Source: Octopus vulgaris (Eukaryota). Taken from it: a stretch of DNA of 64,000 nucleotides. The stretch covers positions 6,386,001-6,450,000 of the forward strand of contig OX597825.1 in NCBI GenBank assembly GCA_951406725.2, written 5' to 3'. The position numbers and the translations under genes were made by a program. Below the pieces are notes generated by a model. That model searched no databases. It was not told the origin of the DNA and was given only the letters and a program-made list of their open reading frames with translations. Below, in pieces: positions 1 to 13,502 of the stretch. Position 1 is the first letter of the stretch. The number at the start of each line of letters is the position of its first letter.

Positions 1-36
1 TCATCATCATCACCATCACTACTATTGTTGTTGTTG

Positions 37-107
<71 letters not shown>

Positions 108-128
108 CATTATTATTATTATTATAGT

Positions 129-343
129 AAGGCGGCAAGCTGGCAGAATCGATGGCACGGTGGGTAAAATGCTTAGTTGCATTTCGTCAGTCTTTGCACT
201 CTGAGTTCAAATTCCGCGGAGGTCGACTTTGCCTTTCCTCCTTTCGGGGTCGATAAATTAAGTACCAGTGAAACACTGGGGTCGACGTAATCTACTAGTC
301 CCCTCACACCAAAATTTCAAGCCTTGTGCTTTTAGTAGAAAGG
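129..343 (+). mobile_element. SINE family A (tRNA-like head; core GGTCGACTTTGCCTTTCATCCTTTCGGGGTCGATAAATTAAGTACCAG, resembling the Meta-SINE domain)
   Basis: More than 10 similar copies in the window; B-box-like GAGTTCAAATTCC; runs into an (AAT)n tail. Family naming is from recall. Confidence 0.8.
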
Positions 344-1026
<683 letters not shown>

Positions 1027-1158
1027 TGCTCTCCGTCAGATCTATTTAATTATATAATACAGGAACGCTTTGTATTTTAAAATATTTGGCCAATCAAATT
1101 GTTTTGAATTTAGTTGATCGATACCAATTTTCGTTAGGGGTGAGAAAATTATGGTTGC

Positions 1159-1189
<31 letters not shown>

Positions 1190-1563
1190 TGTATGTATGT
1201 ATGTATGTATGTATGTATGTATGTATGTATGTTCGTATTTTAAAATTCTTGATTATATGTATGCATACGTATGTATACAAGGGTGTAAAAGCTTCACGTA
1301 AAAATGTGTTTACATATATATATATATATATGTATGTATGAGTGAGTATGTACACGCGTGGGTATACGAATGCGTATGTGTGTTTATGTATACATACATA
1401 TATGTTCGGTGATTTATGTGCATTCATTCACATGTAAGTATTTTCATGTGAGCGTACTTTATACATACATAATTGTATCCATTGTTTGTGTACGTGTGTA
1501 TATGTGTATATAAATTTACATATATGCATATATTGTTACTTAGATGTGTATACCTATGAATAT

Positions 1564-1599
<36 letters not shown>

Positions 1600-1880
1600 T
1601 GTATTAATAGATGAACATTTTTTGGCCAGTGTTAATATAAGTTTTTATATATTTTTCACATTAATTTCGCTCAATTTTATAAACAAATTTAAAAAGTATT
1701 TTTTTTTATTTATTCCCTCGTTATGATAATGTTATTTACTGTAACTCACTATATAACCTTTATTTATTTACAAATTATTACTCTAATTATATTCACATTA
1801 TCCATTACTCACTAAAACAGCCTATGACTTCCTGGCCCAGGAATATTTACCAATATTAGTCATAAAATAATACACAGTCT

Positions 1881-2180
1881 TATTTCGTTTTTGGATTTGG
1901 TTTGCAAGATTCTTTATGTGAGTTTGTGTGTTGAAGCATATTCTGTTGTGTCTGGGGAGAGTAATTTTGTTTTTGTGCTTTAAAATGTAACACACTCACC
2001 GGTAAAATTTTCACTTTTTTCTTATTTTTATTTTCCTAAAATTTTCAAGACTATTGAAAAAGTTGCAAGACGCAACGAAAATTTTAGGAAAATAAAAATA
2101 AGAAAAAAATGGAAATTTTACTGGTGAGTGTGTTACATTATAAGGCACAAAAAGAAAATGACTCTCCCCAGACACAACAG
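1881..2180. mobile_element. Fold-back insertion (Penelope pLTR-like) with 12-bp target-site duplication
   Basis: Inverted arms at about 1939-2046 and 2077-2184; AATACACAGTCT directly repeated at 1869-1880 and 2181-2192. Confidence 0.7.
2051..2087 (+). ncRNA. Putative minimal hammerhead ribozyme, variant core (U3/A8)
   Basis: CTA-TTGAAAA-a-GTTGC aagac GCAAC-GAAA-AT-TT-TAG: perfect 5-bp stem II, palindromic AATT stem III, 3-bp stem I. Confidence 0.4.
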
Positions 2181-2226
2181 AATACACAGTCTGCTTAGAT
2201 GATTCGAAAACGGTATATATTTTTCT

Positions 2227-2310
2227 ATCCGTCTGATGAGATTTTGCCTAATATGATATAATTATTGTTATTTAATATTTTAGGCTTAATTGAAACAGCT
2301 GTAAGAGGAT
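2227..2310 (+). ncRNA. Putative type I hammerhead ribozyme motif (long stem II, degenerate stem I)
   Basis: CTGATGA at 2233-2239; GCCTAA...TTAGGC stem; GAAA at 2292-2295; palindromic ACAGCTGT then A (GUA site); ATCC/GGAT flanks. Confidence 0.55.
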
Positions 2311-2547
2311 TTGTTGGAGTTTTGCTGTTGATAAATTATATTAACGCTATATCTCGATTTTCTTAATTTCATTTTGAATATTTATAAACCAAGATTTATA
2401 TTTAAACCTATTATTGTAGGAGTATTATTATTCACAAAAAATATTAGGCAATGGACCAGTAATTCATTGGATATTACTATTTCTTAATGAGGCTAGTTTA
2501 ACCTCTAATTGAAGTAATAATAATAATATTAATAATAATAATTGTTA

Positions 2548-2712
2548 TTTCGCCCGTCGCTGCGTTCTGAGTTCAAATTCCGCCGAGGTCGACTTTGCCT
2601 TTCATCTTTTCGAAGTCGATAAATTAAATACCAGGGATACACTGGAGTCGATGTAATCGATTAGTCCCTCACCCAAAATTTCAGGCTCTTGTGCCTTTAG
2701 TAGACAAGATTA
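2548..2712 (+). mobile_element. SINE family A, 5'-truncated
   Basis: Matches the core and tail of 129-343; followed by (CTA)n/(CTG)n/(ATT)n to about 2914. Confidence 0.8.
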
Positions 2713-2716
2713 TACA

Positions 2717-2781
<65 letters not shown>

Positions 2782-2795
2782 CCCTGCTGCTGCTG

Positions 2796-2871
<76 letters not shown>

Positions 2872-2874
2872 GTA

Positions 2875-2915
<41 letters not shown>

Positions 2916-2919
2916 ATGC

Positions 2920-3291
2920 CATCAATTTGTTCTATGTCAGAGGCCTTTCAACGAGGATTATCCTACACACTTCTCTTAGCAAAGAGAAGGCTCTTGTCCG
3001 AGGGCCCTGGTTGATCCCCTCTCTGCTGAATTTCACAATCATTCTATTAACTGTAGAAAGCAGGATCGCAAGGTTTTCTTTGATTTTACGCTATGTCCAC
3101 CTTCAGAATGACCTACAATATGGCATCTTTGAAATTCAGACAGTTCCGATGCTTCTTTCGTACGTGGCATGATTAAACAGAACCTGAAACATAAAAATGT
3201 CAATTAATAAAAAATATAAACATTTACAAGTTAGAATAAACATAAAACGATGTTTTATGGCGCATCAGTTTACTTCTGTCATATGTGTGTA
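2920..3291 (-). mobile_element. Tc1-like transposon 5' fragment (decayed transposase N-terminus)
   Basis: Minus strand from ATG at 3170 reads MPRTKEASELSEFQRCHIVGHSEGGHS, then after a frameshift KENLAILLSTVNRMIVKFSREG, typical of the Tc1 paired-like HTH; begins next to a TA run. Confidence 0.7.
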
Positions 3292-3521
3292 TATATATAT
3301 ATATACATATATATATTTATATACACACATACATACGTTTTGACTATACATACATACACGCACATAAATACTAATGTTTCCCTTTATGTTATAATAAAAA
3401 CAATGTTACATTGAACTGTAGGATAACTCAATACTTCTGGTAGGGTACATATTCTTTATTCTTTACCAAGAATAGTTATTAACAGACACTTTGACGTTTC
3501 GGACAGCAAACCAATCATCGG

Positions 3522-3610
3522 ACACTCAGCCACTTGCACGTTAATTTCACGAGCAGGCTGTTCCGTTTGTCGGATCAACTGGGACCCTCGTCGTCGTAAC
3601 CGACGGAGTA
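3522..3610 (+). mobile_element. 3' fragment of a SINE-like repeat (CCACTTGCACGTTAATTTCACGAGCAGGCTG...CGTAACCGACGGAG)
   Basis: CpG-rich stretch recalled as a common cephalopod repeat tail; only one copy in this window. Confidence 0.4.
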
Positions 3611-4051
3611 TAACATTATATGTACAAGAGTAGCGTCTTCCGCTGTGTGTTGGTATGCGTCGGTGTACGATACAAACCGTATGTATGGATATATTAGTGA
3701 GTGAGGATGTATTTACATATATGCGTATACTTGTGCTTTATTGACGAGAAATTGCCGAAGATGTGTATGTGTGTGTGAGAGCGTGCGTGCCAGCGTGTGT
3801 GTGTGTGCGTGCAAGCGTGTGTGTGTGTGCGCGCGCATGTGTGTCTGCGCCTACGCAGGTGTATATTGAATGCCGCTCTACGTTTGTAATCCTTGTTTTA
3901 GTATTGAATCGGGTATTTATGCTTTGAGAGGTTTCTCGAAAGCTCATATCTTTCCCCAACATGTTGGCTTCCAGTAATTTAAACGGAATATTAACGACAT
4001 TCAGTTTAACAGTCTTGGAGAGCCTACAAAGTGCATGTATTTACTTGTAGT

Positions 4052-4094
<43 letters not shown>

Positions 4095-4106
4095 GTGTGT
4101 GTGTGA

Positions 4107-4174
<68 letters not shown>

Positions 4175-4273
4175 TTGTGTCTAAATATATATATATATGT
4201 GTTTATGTATAAATACATATATGTTTATGTATGTATGTATCTATATATATGTGTCTATTTGATATAGTTACTC

Positions 4274-4342
<69 letters not shown>

Positions 4343-4772
4343 GCTTCAATTCTGACATTGGTGTAACCATGATGTTCTGGCGATCTTAAGATCCAGCCGC
4401 CTATACTTACATCGATTTGTAATTGTGCAATATGTAGCATGCATATTGGTGCAGGCGTGTAAAGTAATTTATTATACACTGGAATTATTATTAAATGATG
4501 ACGACTGCGAAACGGCCATAATCCTACGGATATCAAGTGAGTATATTCACTTTTCACAGCCCCTGACTTTTCATGGTTTATATACTCCTGATGAAATAAT
4601 GTCGTAGATTGGATCTCTTGGATTTCGGCTGCATAGATCTCTACATTTTACTCCTCCCCATTGGACTACTGTGTGATATGGTAACCGGGTTTACTAGAGG
4701 AGCATTCTGTGATTGCTTCAAGATTCTTTATGAATCCATATTTTTCACTATACATCTCTTTGCCTCTCTGTC

Positions 4773-4870
<98 letters not shown>

Positions 4871-4966
4871 GAGACAGAAAGAGAATTCACGAAAAAACAA
4901 AAGACGGAGACAGGCGGTGTAGACAACAAACAGATGTATTAGTATAACGCTTGGGGATTGAAAAAG

Positions 4967-5004
4967 TCTTTAACGTTTCGAGCTTACGATCTTCCACAGA
5001 AAGA
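4967..5004 (-). ncRNA. Degenerate minimal hammerhead motif within a pLTR-like repeat (about 4870-5055)
   Basis: Minus strand: TCTTT-CTGTGGA-AGATCgtaaGCTC-GAAA-CG-TT-AAAGA; 5-bp stem I and ACGT palindromic stem III, but the core is non-canonical. Confidence 0.45.
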
Positions 5005-6059
5005 AACAAGGAGAGAAAACAAATGTGTGTAGTGGCTACCGATCTATCATGGCGACATATATATATATATATATATGTGTATGTGTGTGTGTGCGTGTGT
5101 GTGTATGTGTGTGTATGCAGAGGAAAAAGAGGGGTTAAAAAATCCTGGCAGATATCAATAAAGCACTTATGTATGTATGCATGCATGTATTTATGTATGT
5201 ATGTACACACACACACACACAAATGCGTACGTATATCAACTGCATACACTTGGTTGCTGTCTGGCAATTCTTTGTCTGTATATTATTCCAACCATAGTGT
5301 TTATGACAATGAAGAGTACAAACATATTTGAACAGTATTTTTTTTTATATCCTTGATTTTATTTTCGTTATATTGTGTAGTCTTGTATTTATTACAAAAT
5401 TTATGCTTCAATTATTTTCTTTGAAATTTTTGTAGTTCGGTAAAATTATCCTATATTGCAACTTGGAAGGTGATTTTTTTTGTTCTTTATTTCATGATTT
5501 TTTTTCCCAATTCCCATTTCGTTATATTCTCCATCTTCTTATTTCTTAAATTTCCAATCTTCCCACTTCGTAATTTTATTATTTCCGTTTGTTGTTGCTT
5601 CGTAATTTTATGATTTTTGTCATCTTGTCGCATATATTGTTATTATATCTTCTTGTTGTATATATACTGTTATTGTTGTATATATTGTTATATCTTGTTA
5701 TTGTTGTCTGTATTGTTACACCTTGTTATTGCTATATATATTGTTGTTGTTATTGTTGTATATATTGCTGTTGTTATTGTTTCGGCGTATTTGATACCCT
5801 GTTGTTGTCGCTGTTGTTATTGTTGTTGCTGTTGTATTCTTTGTTGATATTTAATGACGTTTATACATAAAGATATCAACACGAAGCTGTTTCTATTGTT
5901 GTTTTCGGTCTCGTTTTCTGGAGATGTGAGTTTAGAAGTTAAACAAAATATGCAAAACGCATAATATGTAGATGTTTCGTCACAAATCGAATAAATATAA
6001 AAATAGTCTTAGTTGTGTAATGAACCCTCTCCTCCTCCTCCTCCTCCTCCTCCTCCTCC

Positions 6060-6104
<45 letters not shown>

Positions 6105-6230
6105 CTAGCAGCAGCGGTGTATTGTTGCTTTTTTTTGTCAAGAGGATTAACAATAATGTCATATATCAAGTATTGATAATAATAATGATAATAAAAAAAC
6201 TGATTTATTGTTTCTAACATATATATATAA

Positions 6231-6330
<100 letters not shown>

Positions 6331-6366
6331 CATATATATATACACACACACACACATATATAAAAA

Positions 6367-6397
<31 letters not shown>

Positions 6398-6430
6398 TAT
6401 ATATATATACATATACATTTATATATATTA

Positions 6431-6469
<39 letters not shown>

Positions 6470-6692
6470 ATATATACATATATGTATATACATTTATATT
6501 ATTGTTTCTGACATAGGAAGTTGGCGATAGAATTGTCGATGGCGGTTAGTTTATTACGAAGAGCGGAGGAATGAACTGGAACGTCCACTTCAACAGTATT
6601 TGTTCTGGGAAAGGCAAATGGTCGAATGTAAATGCTATAAAGTCTCCTTTTTCTTTTTTTCTCCCAAAGCGCTATATTACGAAACGTGATTC

Positions 6693-6909
6693 TTTTACCT
6701 TTTACTTGTTTCAGTCATTAGACTGCGGCCATGCTGGAAGAGTTTTTAGTTGAGTGAATAGACTTCAGGACTTAATTTTTTAAAGCCTAGTACTAAATCT
6801 ATCGGTCACTTTTTGTCGAACCTTTAAGTTACGGAAACGTAAACAAACCAACACCGGGTGCCAAGTGGTGGTGGAAAACATTCACAGACACAAAGACACA
6901 CACACACAT

Positions 6910-6957
<48 letters not shown>

Positions 6958-7130
6958 ATATGTAACGCGCCTCTTGCAGAGTTTCCGTCTACCAACCAAA
7001 TCCATTCACAGGACTTTTTGAGTTGAATCGGTATGTAGCCAGGGGCTACAGTATGAAACACTTGCCCAAGGTGCCAAGCACTGAGACTGAGCCATGGACC
7101 ATGTGATTAGGAAGCAAACTTCTTACCACA
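6693..7130 (-). mobile_element. SINE family B (tRNA head, CORE-like ACCTTGGGCAAGTG, internal microsatellite)
   Basis: Reverse-complement match to the copy at 7687-8110. Confidence 0.8.
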
Positions 7131-7149
7131 CATAAATTTGTTTGTTAGA

Positions 7150-7340
7150 ATCATAGGAGAAAATGCCGTGACATGTTTCTTCCTGTCTTCAACGTTCTGA
7201 CTCTAAATTCTGTCAACCTTGTACCTCAGACTTCAGCGATCGATAAAATAAAGTACCACTGAAGAACTGGAGGTGATTTCATCGATTAATCCATTTCCTA
7301 CCAAAAATTCAATTTTTTTATACTATTTTAGAAATAATTA
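7150..7340 (+). mobile_element. SINE family A, highly diverged copy
   Basis: ACGTTCTGA...TCGATAAAATAAAGTACCA...CTGG..GAT..ATCGATT motifs are collinear with family A. Confidence 0.55.
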
Positions 7341-7518
7341 TTAAATATGAGATAATTATATGTAAGTAATTATAGCGTAAACAATGAACAAATTATATTC
7401 CATAGACTCGAAATATTAAAAACAAATTATATCGACCATAAGTAATGGGTTTATCGGTTCTCTTAAAGCTAAGCATTGGAAAACATACTCCAAAAATTCC
7501 AGACAATAATACACTGAA

Positions 7519-7686
<168 letters not shown>

Positions 7687-7846
7687 GGCGCAGGAGTGGA
7701 TGTGTGGTAAGTAGCTTGCTTACCAACCACATGGTTCCGGGTTCAGTTCCACTGCGTGGCAGCTTGGGCAAGTGTATTCTACTATAGCCTTGGGCCGATC
7801 AGCGTCTTGTTAGTAGATTTGGTAGACAGAAACTGAAAGAAGCCCG

Positions 7847-7923
<77 letters not shown>

Positions 7924-8110
7924 TGTCTGTGTTTGTTCCCCCAGTATCGTTTGACAACGGATGCTGGTGTGTTTACGTCTCCGTAACTTAGCGGTTCGGC
8001 AAAAAAGACCGATGCAAATAAGTACTAGGCTTACAAAAATAAGTCATGGGGTCGATTTGCTCGACTAAAGGCGGTGCTCCAGCATGGCAGCAGTGAAATG
8101 ACTGAAACAA
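7687..8110 (+). mobile_element. SINE family B, full length (CORE-SINE-like)
   Basis: A-box-like TGGATGTGTGG, B-box-like GGTTCAGTTCC, CORE-like TTGGGCAAGTG, internal (AT)n(GT)n, tail GGCGGTGCTCCAGCATGGC...ATGACTGAAACAA. Confidence 0.85.
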
Positions 8111-8189
8111 ATATATATATATAATAATTAAAAAAAATATATATATATACGTATATGTACATACTTACAATTATACGTTCATACATATG

Positions 8190-8490
8190 CATATGTGGGC
8201 ACAGGACATAACGAAACGTATACAACAAAGCAATACGAAGTACGAGTACACGGAATATGAATTAGTTTTTCGAACAACGAAAGACACAAATGGAACACAA
8301 AACAAAGAACATAAAGAACGACCCTTCATCAGTTGTTGGCTGTTTTTCTACTCTCGTATTTCGAGCATTTAACAACAATATACGCCTTTCGATAGAACAG
8401 TTGCTCCCGCAAAGCAAATTAAATAAAATTTGGGATTTTGCTAAGAGCCAAAGTTGGTAACGCAAACAGGACAGTGAAAACAAACAGGTA
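8190..8490. repeat. Dispersed repeat family D (also at 24360-24540 and about 31285-31410)
   Basis: CATATGTGGGCACAGGAC...GAACGACCCTTCATCAGTTGTTGGCTG...CGTATTTCGAGCATT is shared among the copies. Confidence 0.75.
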
Positions 8491-8883
8491 AGGCTGCTAA
8501 GCCTACACGAGGTTGTTTATAAGTGTGTGTATAAGTGTAATGTATTCATTATAAGTGTGTGTATTCAGTATGTGTGTTGACGTCACGGAAACCATGTTTA
8601 TTTTTTCCTCAAGAAATAATAAACAAAAATTGAGTTTAATCGTTTTCCTTGATAAATAGAAGTCCAAATATCACAAAACTTTGCACTCCACTGCCGAAGG
8701 TAAGCATGAAAATAACTATGCAAACAAAAAATTAAGATAAAATATACTATTTGTGAGATATTTCGGGTACACACAAACATCTCTTGAGTTTTAGTATTAT
8801 TAAGATATATATGTGGTCACTTGAGTGTGAACAGAGCTGCTACAGCTTATTATTGCTTATGGAGTGCGAGGGAGAGATAGAGA

Positions 8884-8914
<31 letters not shown>

Positions 8915-9473
8915 TAAGTGACTACAAAAGGAAAATTCTCCTTAAGGGAACGGCTTCAGGGTTTCTATCTTATCTTTTATTTTTTGTTTTTCCTCATCTT
9001 GAGGGGTCTTTTACCTATTAGGGAATGATTATATGGTGTTTCCATATTTCCGTAAAATCTATTTATTGGACATTCCTGTTGTTGTACTTCACCCTTATCC
9101 CGGGCTCGTCAATAGAGAGTAAGAAACAAAGAAAGAGAAAGAAAGACAGAGAAGAATTTACTTAAGTTGCATCAGTAATATGACTAAATATGTTGGAGCT
9201 AATACTAAACTATGAAAATTTGTTCAAATCAAAGAGAATGAAACGAGAACTGCTTATAAGTAACGTGTGCTTATAGAGAGACTCTTACTTTACGACTACT
9301 CTATGGCTATATTCGTAATCTTTCCGTTAAATACTTATTCTAAGTAAAAAAAAAATGTGGATAAAAGACATAAATGTTAATTGACAGTAAATTGTTGCAA
9401 TTGCATACGTTACGGGCTAGTTTTTAGCATCATTTTCCATTCGTTTTCTTTAGACGTTGTATATCTGTGTGCA

Positions 9474-9512
<39 letters not shown>

Positions 9513-9558
9513 AGGTTAGTACGTGATGTCACTATAGACACATATACACACTGCAAAT

Positions 9559-9603
<45 letters not shown>

Positions 9604-9606
<3 letters not shown>

Positions 9607-9641
9607 TGTGTCTACATACGTACAACAGCATATATATATAC

Positions 9642-9719
<78 letters not shown>

Positions 9720-9757
9720 ATATATATATATGCTGTTGTACGTATGTAGACACACGA
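9604..9757. repeat. Inverted duplication centred on an (AT)n run
   Basis: TCGTGTGTCTACATACGTACAACAGCATATA and its reverse complement flank the (AT)n; ORFs on both strands begin [11 protein letters not shown]. Confidence 0.9.
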
Positions 9758-10426
9758 ATGCAGGTGTATATTGTGTGTCTGTATATACATTACATGCATA
9801 AAATTTTGTGTGTACACAGGCGAAATTTCTTTCATTGTTATACAGCCTGAAGGGGAAAAGCGTATAGAAGTAGATACTAGAAGAAAAATGAGAAATAATT
9901 AAAAAAAAAGAGGAGAAAAAGCAGAGATAAAAAAAGGAGAGAATAAGATGAAAGAAAGGAAGTGAAAGAAAGAAGGAAAGGAATAAGTGAAGAAATGGTT
10001 GTGGGTGGAGGAGAAACGAGCAGAAAAGTTACGCAAAGCACCGTGAAGAAGATGAAAGACTTGTAATCAAGAGATGGAATCGAAATAATAGCAATAGAAA
10101 AAGCAGTATTTACTTGAGCTAGAAGCAAACGTTAAAGAAGTTTTGAAGAGATGTTGGGAATAAAAAGGATAAGATGGAAGAAGAGAAAAAAGAAAGAAAT
10201 AACAAACACGATTGAGATGGATAGGCAGATAAAAAAATACACAATGCGATTCAGAGATAGTGTATACACACGTACACACACTCACGCACATACCAGCACA
10301 CAGACACACACAGACACACACAGACACACACACACACACACACACACACAAATTAGAGACATACATAATTGTATATAAGTACTGTTTATATGTAAGTACA
10401 TACTGTTTTTGTGTACACAGGCATAC

Positions 10427-10494
<68 letters not shown>

Positions 10495-10577
10495 GCATAT
10501 ATATACACATATATGCATATATGCATACAGATACATATACATACATACATATATATATATACATATATGCATATATG

Positions 10578-10650
<73 letters not shown>

Positions 10651-11041
10651 GTATATATCTATATATATATATGTATATATGACTTCCTACACACGCATGT
10701 ATTGAGAAAGACGGGCAGATAGGCAGACAGACAGCTGAAGAAAGAATGAAAAAGAGCAGAAGAATGAGAATAATAAAGAATTTAATACAATCCGAAAGAG
10801 AATGAAAATGTTTTACCTGAACTGTTTGGAGAATATTCATTCATTCATTCTTTGAATCATTCGCCGTGCCACAAGAACAAGAAAAAGCGACTTGAACGCA
10901 ACTTTGTTACAAAAGGAAGCCATCTTAACTGACAAAAAATGTCGTTCGTTGATAATAAGCCATCATGACATGCCTAAATATATCGGCTGCTAATAGTGAG
11001 TTCAAATCTCTATCTTGGAATTGTTTAGATTTATCAATTCA

Positions 11042-11432
11042 CTAGCAGTATCGCCCGGCGTTGCTCGGGTTTGTAAGGGAAATAACTATATAAGCATTTT
11101 TAGAGTTATAGCCAAAAAATAGCAAAAAAATGCATTAAAAATGGAAAAAAATGATGGTAAATTTTTTTAAATCGTTGACTCATCGTAGACATTTTTAGAG
11201 AGTTACTTCCTTATATAATAGCAAAAAAATGCATCAAAATGGAAAAAAATGATGGTAAGTTATTTTTAAAATCGTAGACTCATCGTAGACGCGCGCTAGT
11301 ACCCAGAAGACTCGATATGAATGACGACTATAAGATACCCAGTTTTGGTTAAACTGCACCGCAAAATGTGGGAGTAGTAAGGAATCTAAATCGTAGGAGA
11401 CAGACACACAACCTCTCTTTTATATATAAAGA
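11042..11432 (-). mobile_element. Non-autonomous Helitron
   Basis: Minus strand A|TCTTTATATATAAAA...CCCGAGCAACGCCGGG hairpin...CTAG|T gives canonical 5'-TC, 3'-CTAG, subterminal hairpin and an AT target with no TSD; internal ~100-bp tandem duplication at about 11095-11290. Confidence 0.85.
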
Positions 11433-11569
11433 TTAACGTGGGAAATTTGTATTTAAATATTTGGAAGCGGTTTCTTGAAGGAGTTTGAAACCATTTCCAC
11501 GGTTATATTGATCTCTGATTGTCTGAATAATTCCACCAGAACTGACCTTTAAACACTTTGTAGAATATT

Positions 11570-11783
11570 GGTTTCAAATGTTGATACGAGGTCAGCGGTT
11601 TTAGGGATGGATGGAAATCGATTATATAGACCCCAGTGCCCAACTGATACTTATTTTATGAACTCTGAGAGGACGAACGGCAAAGTCGACCTTGGCAGAA
11701 TTTGAACTTAGAAAATAAATACGGACGAAACGCCGTTGAGCATTTTGTCCGGCGTGTTAACAATTCTGCCAGCTTGCCGCCTT
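11570..11783 (-). mobile_element. SINE family A
   Basis: Reverse complement of the head (AAGGCGGCAAGCTGGCAGAA) and core. Confidence 0.75.
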
Positions 11784-11794
11784 CATTTTGTAGG

Positions 11795-12290
11795 CATACA
11801 TGCATACATACATAATACATACATACGTACATGCATACATACATACATACATACATACATACATACATACATACATACATAATGCATACATACATACATA
11901 CATACATACATGCATACATACATACATGCATGCATACATACATGCATGCATGCATACATTCATTCATACATCCATACATACATACATACATACATGCATG
12001 CATGCACACTTAGATACATGCATGCATACATACATACATACATGCATGCATGCATGCATGCATACATGCATACATGCATGCAAACATGCATACATACATA
12101 CATACATACATACATACATACATACATACATGCATACATACATACATGCATGCATACATACATACATCCATACCTACATACATAATGCATACATACATAA
12201 TGCATACATACATACATACATACATGCATACATACATTCATTCATACATACATACATACATACATACATACATACATACATACATACATG
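11795..12290. repeat. Compound (ATAC)n/(ATGC)n microsatellite
   Basis: Directly visible. Confidence 0.95.
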
Positions 12291-12593
12291 CAAAGATACG
12301 TACGTTTGTCTGTGTGTAAATGTATCCATTTTATCTAATATATTTCTGATTCAATATATTTATCCGTAATCAGAAAAGAAACTTCAGTTTTATACGTAAT
12401 GTAACTGTAACTTTTACTTAAGCATTCCATAAATTAATAAATTGAACTTGAATTTCAGGTTGAAAGAATGTAAACAAAATGTTTAGTCATACATTATAAA
12501 GGTCACTGTGAGAGATAAACAAGCTTCCTCTTATATATTGCGTTCATGCGTATGTCTGTACATGTGTATGAGAATGTGTGAGTATGTGTGTAC

Positions 12594-12627
<34 letters not shown>

Positions 12628-12700
12628 GTGTACACACACATACACATTTATGTACACACACATACACACACATATGTACACACATACATACATACATACA

Positions 12701-12736
<36 letters not shown>

Positions 12737-12783
12737 TTACACATGTGAGAAAAAGAAAGAAAATGGAATTCACGCGACTATTA

Positions 12784-12820
12784 TTCACTACGATCGTTTC
12801 GACCGATCGTCCTTCAGGGC
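12784..12820 (-). ncRNA. Degenerate minimal hammerhead motif
   Basis: Minus strand: CTGAAG-GAC gatcg GTC-GAAA-CGATCG-TA; palindromic ACGATCGT stem III and GUA site; core lacks one base and stem I pairs poorly. Confidence 0.4.
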
Positions 12821-13178
12821 ATTGCAGATAAGGTGCTGTACAAACACACATTCTCACACACACATATACAGACATATACATGGACACAAATATTTGTATA
12901 GCATCTCACCAGTGAGGAACCGGTGCACGATGTTTCGAAACGAACGTTGTGAATAATTCCACTTTCTTTCTCTCATATTTTATGAACTCGACGGACATGA
13001 TGGAATTCCCGAAGTAGATCCAGTGCCACATAAATCCATACTGTTGACATCAAGTAGTGGAATACAATGTACAGGCTTTAAACGGCATACGGCATATTTA
13101 AAATTATATATATATATATATATATATACCATAAATCTCTGAGCGAGGTAGCTACAACATCGTGAAGTATATCTGCTA

Positions 13179-13312
13179 CTTAAATGTGGGTAACACTTAA
13201 GGGTGGATGCTACTGTAGCACAGAAAGTGTGCCTATAGCCAGCTGGATGAGTTGTCCTCCAGGGGCTACAAGCTACAGTAGCATCCAGCCTTAAGGGTTA
13301 GCCCCATTTAAG
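13179..13312. mobile_element. Small palindromic MITE-like element with TTAA boundaries
   Basis: TTAA-GGGTGGATGCTACTGTAGC...GCTACAGTAGCATCCAGCC-TTAA at 13197-13294, plus imperfect outer arms ending CTTAA/TTAAG. Confidence 0.6.
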
Positions 13313-13324
13313 AGACAAATATAC

Positions 13325-13396
<72 letters not shown>

Positions 13397-13447
13397 TATA
13401 TACATATATCTATATACATATATATACATACATACAAACATATATAC

Positions 13448-13497
<50 letters not shown>

Positions 13498-13502
13498 CTT
13501 TC

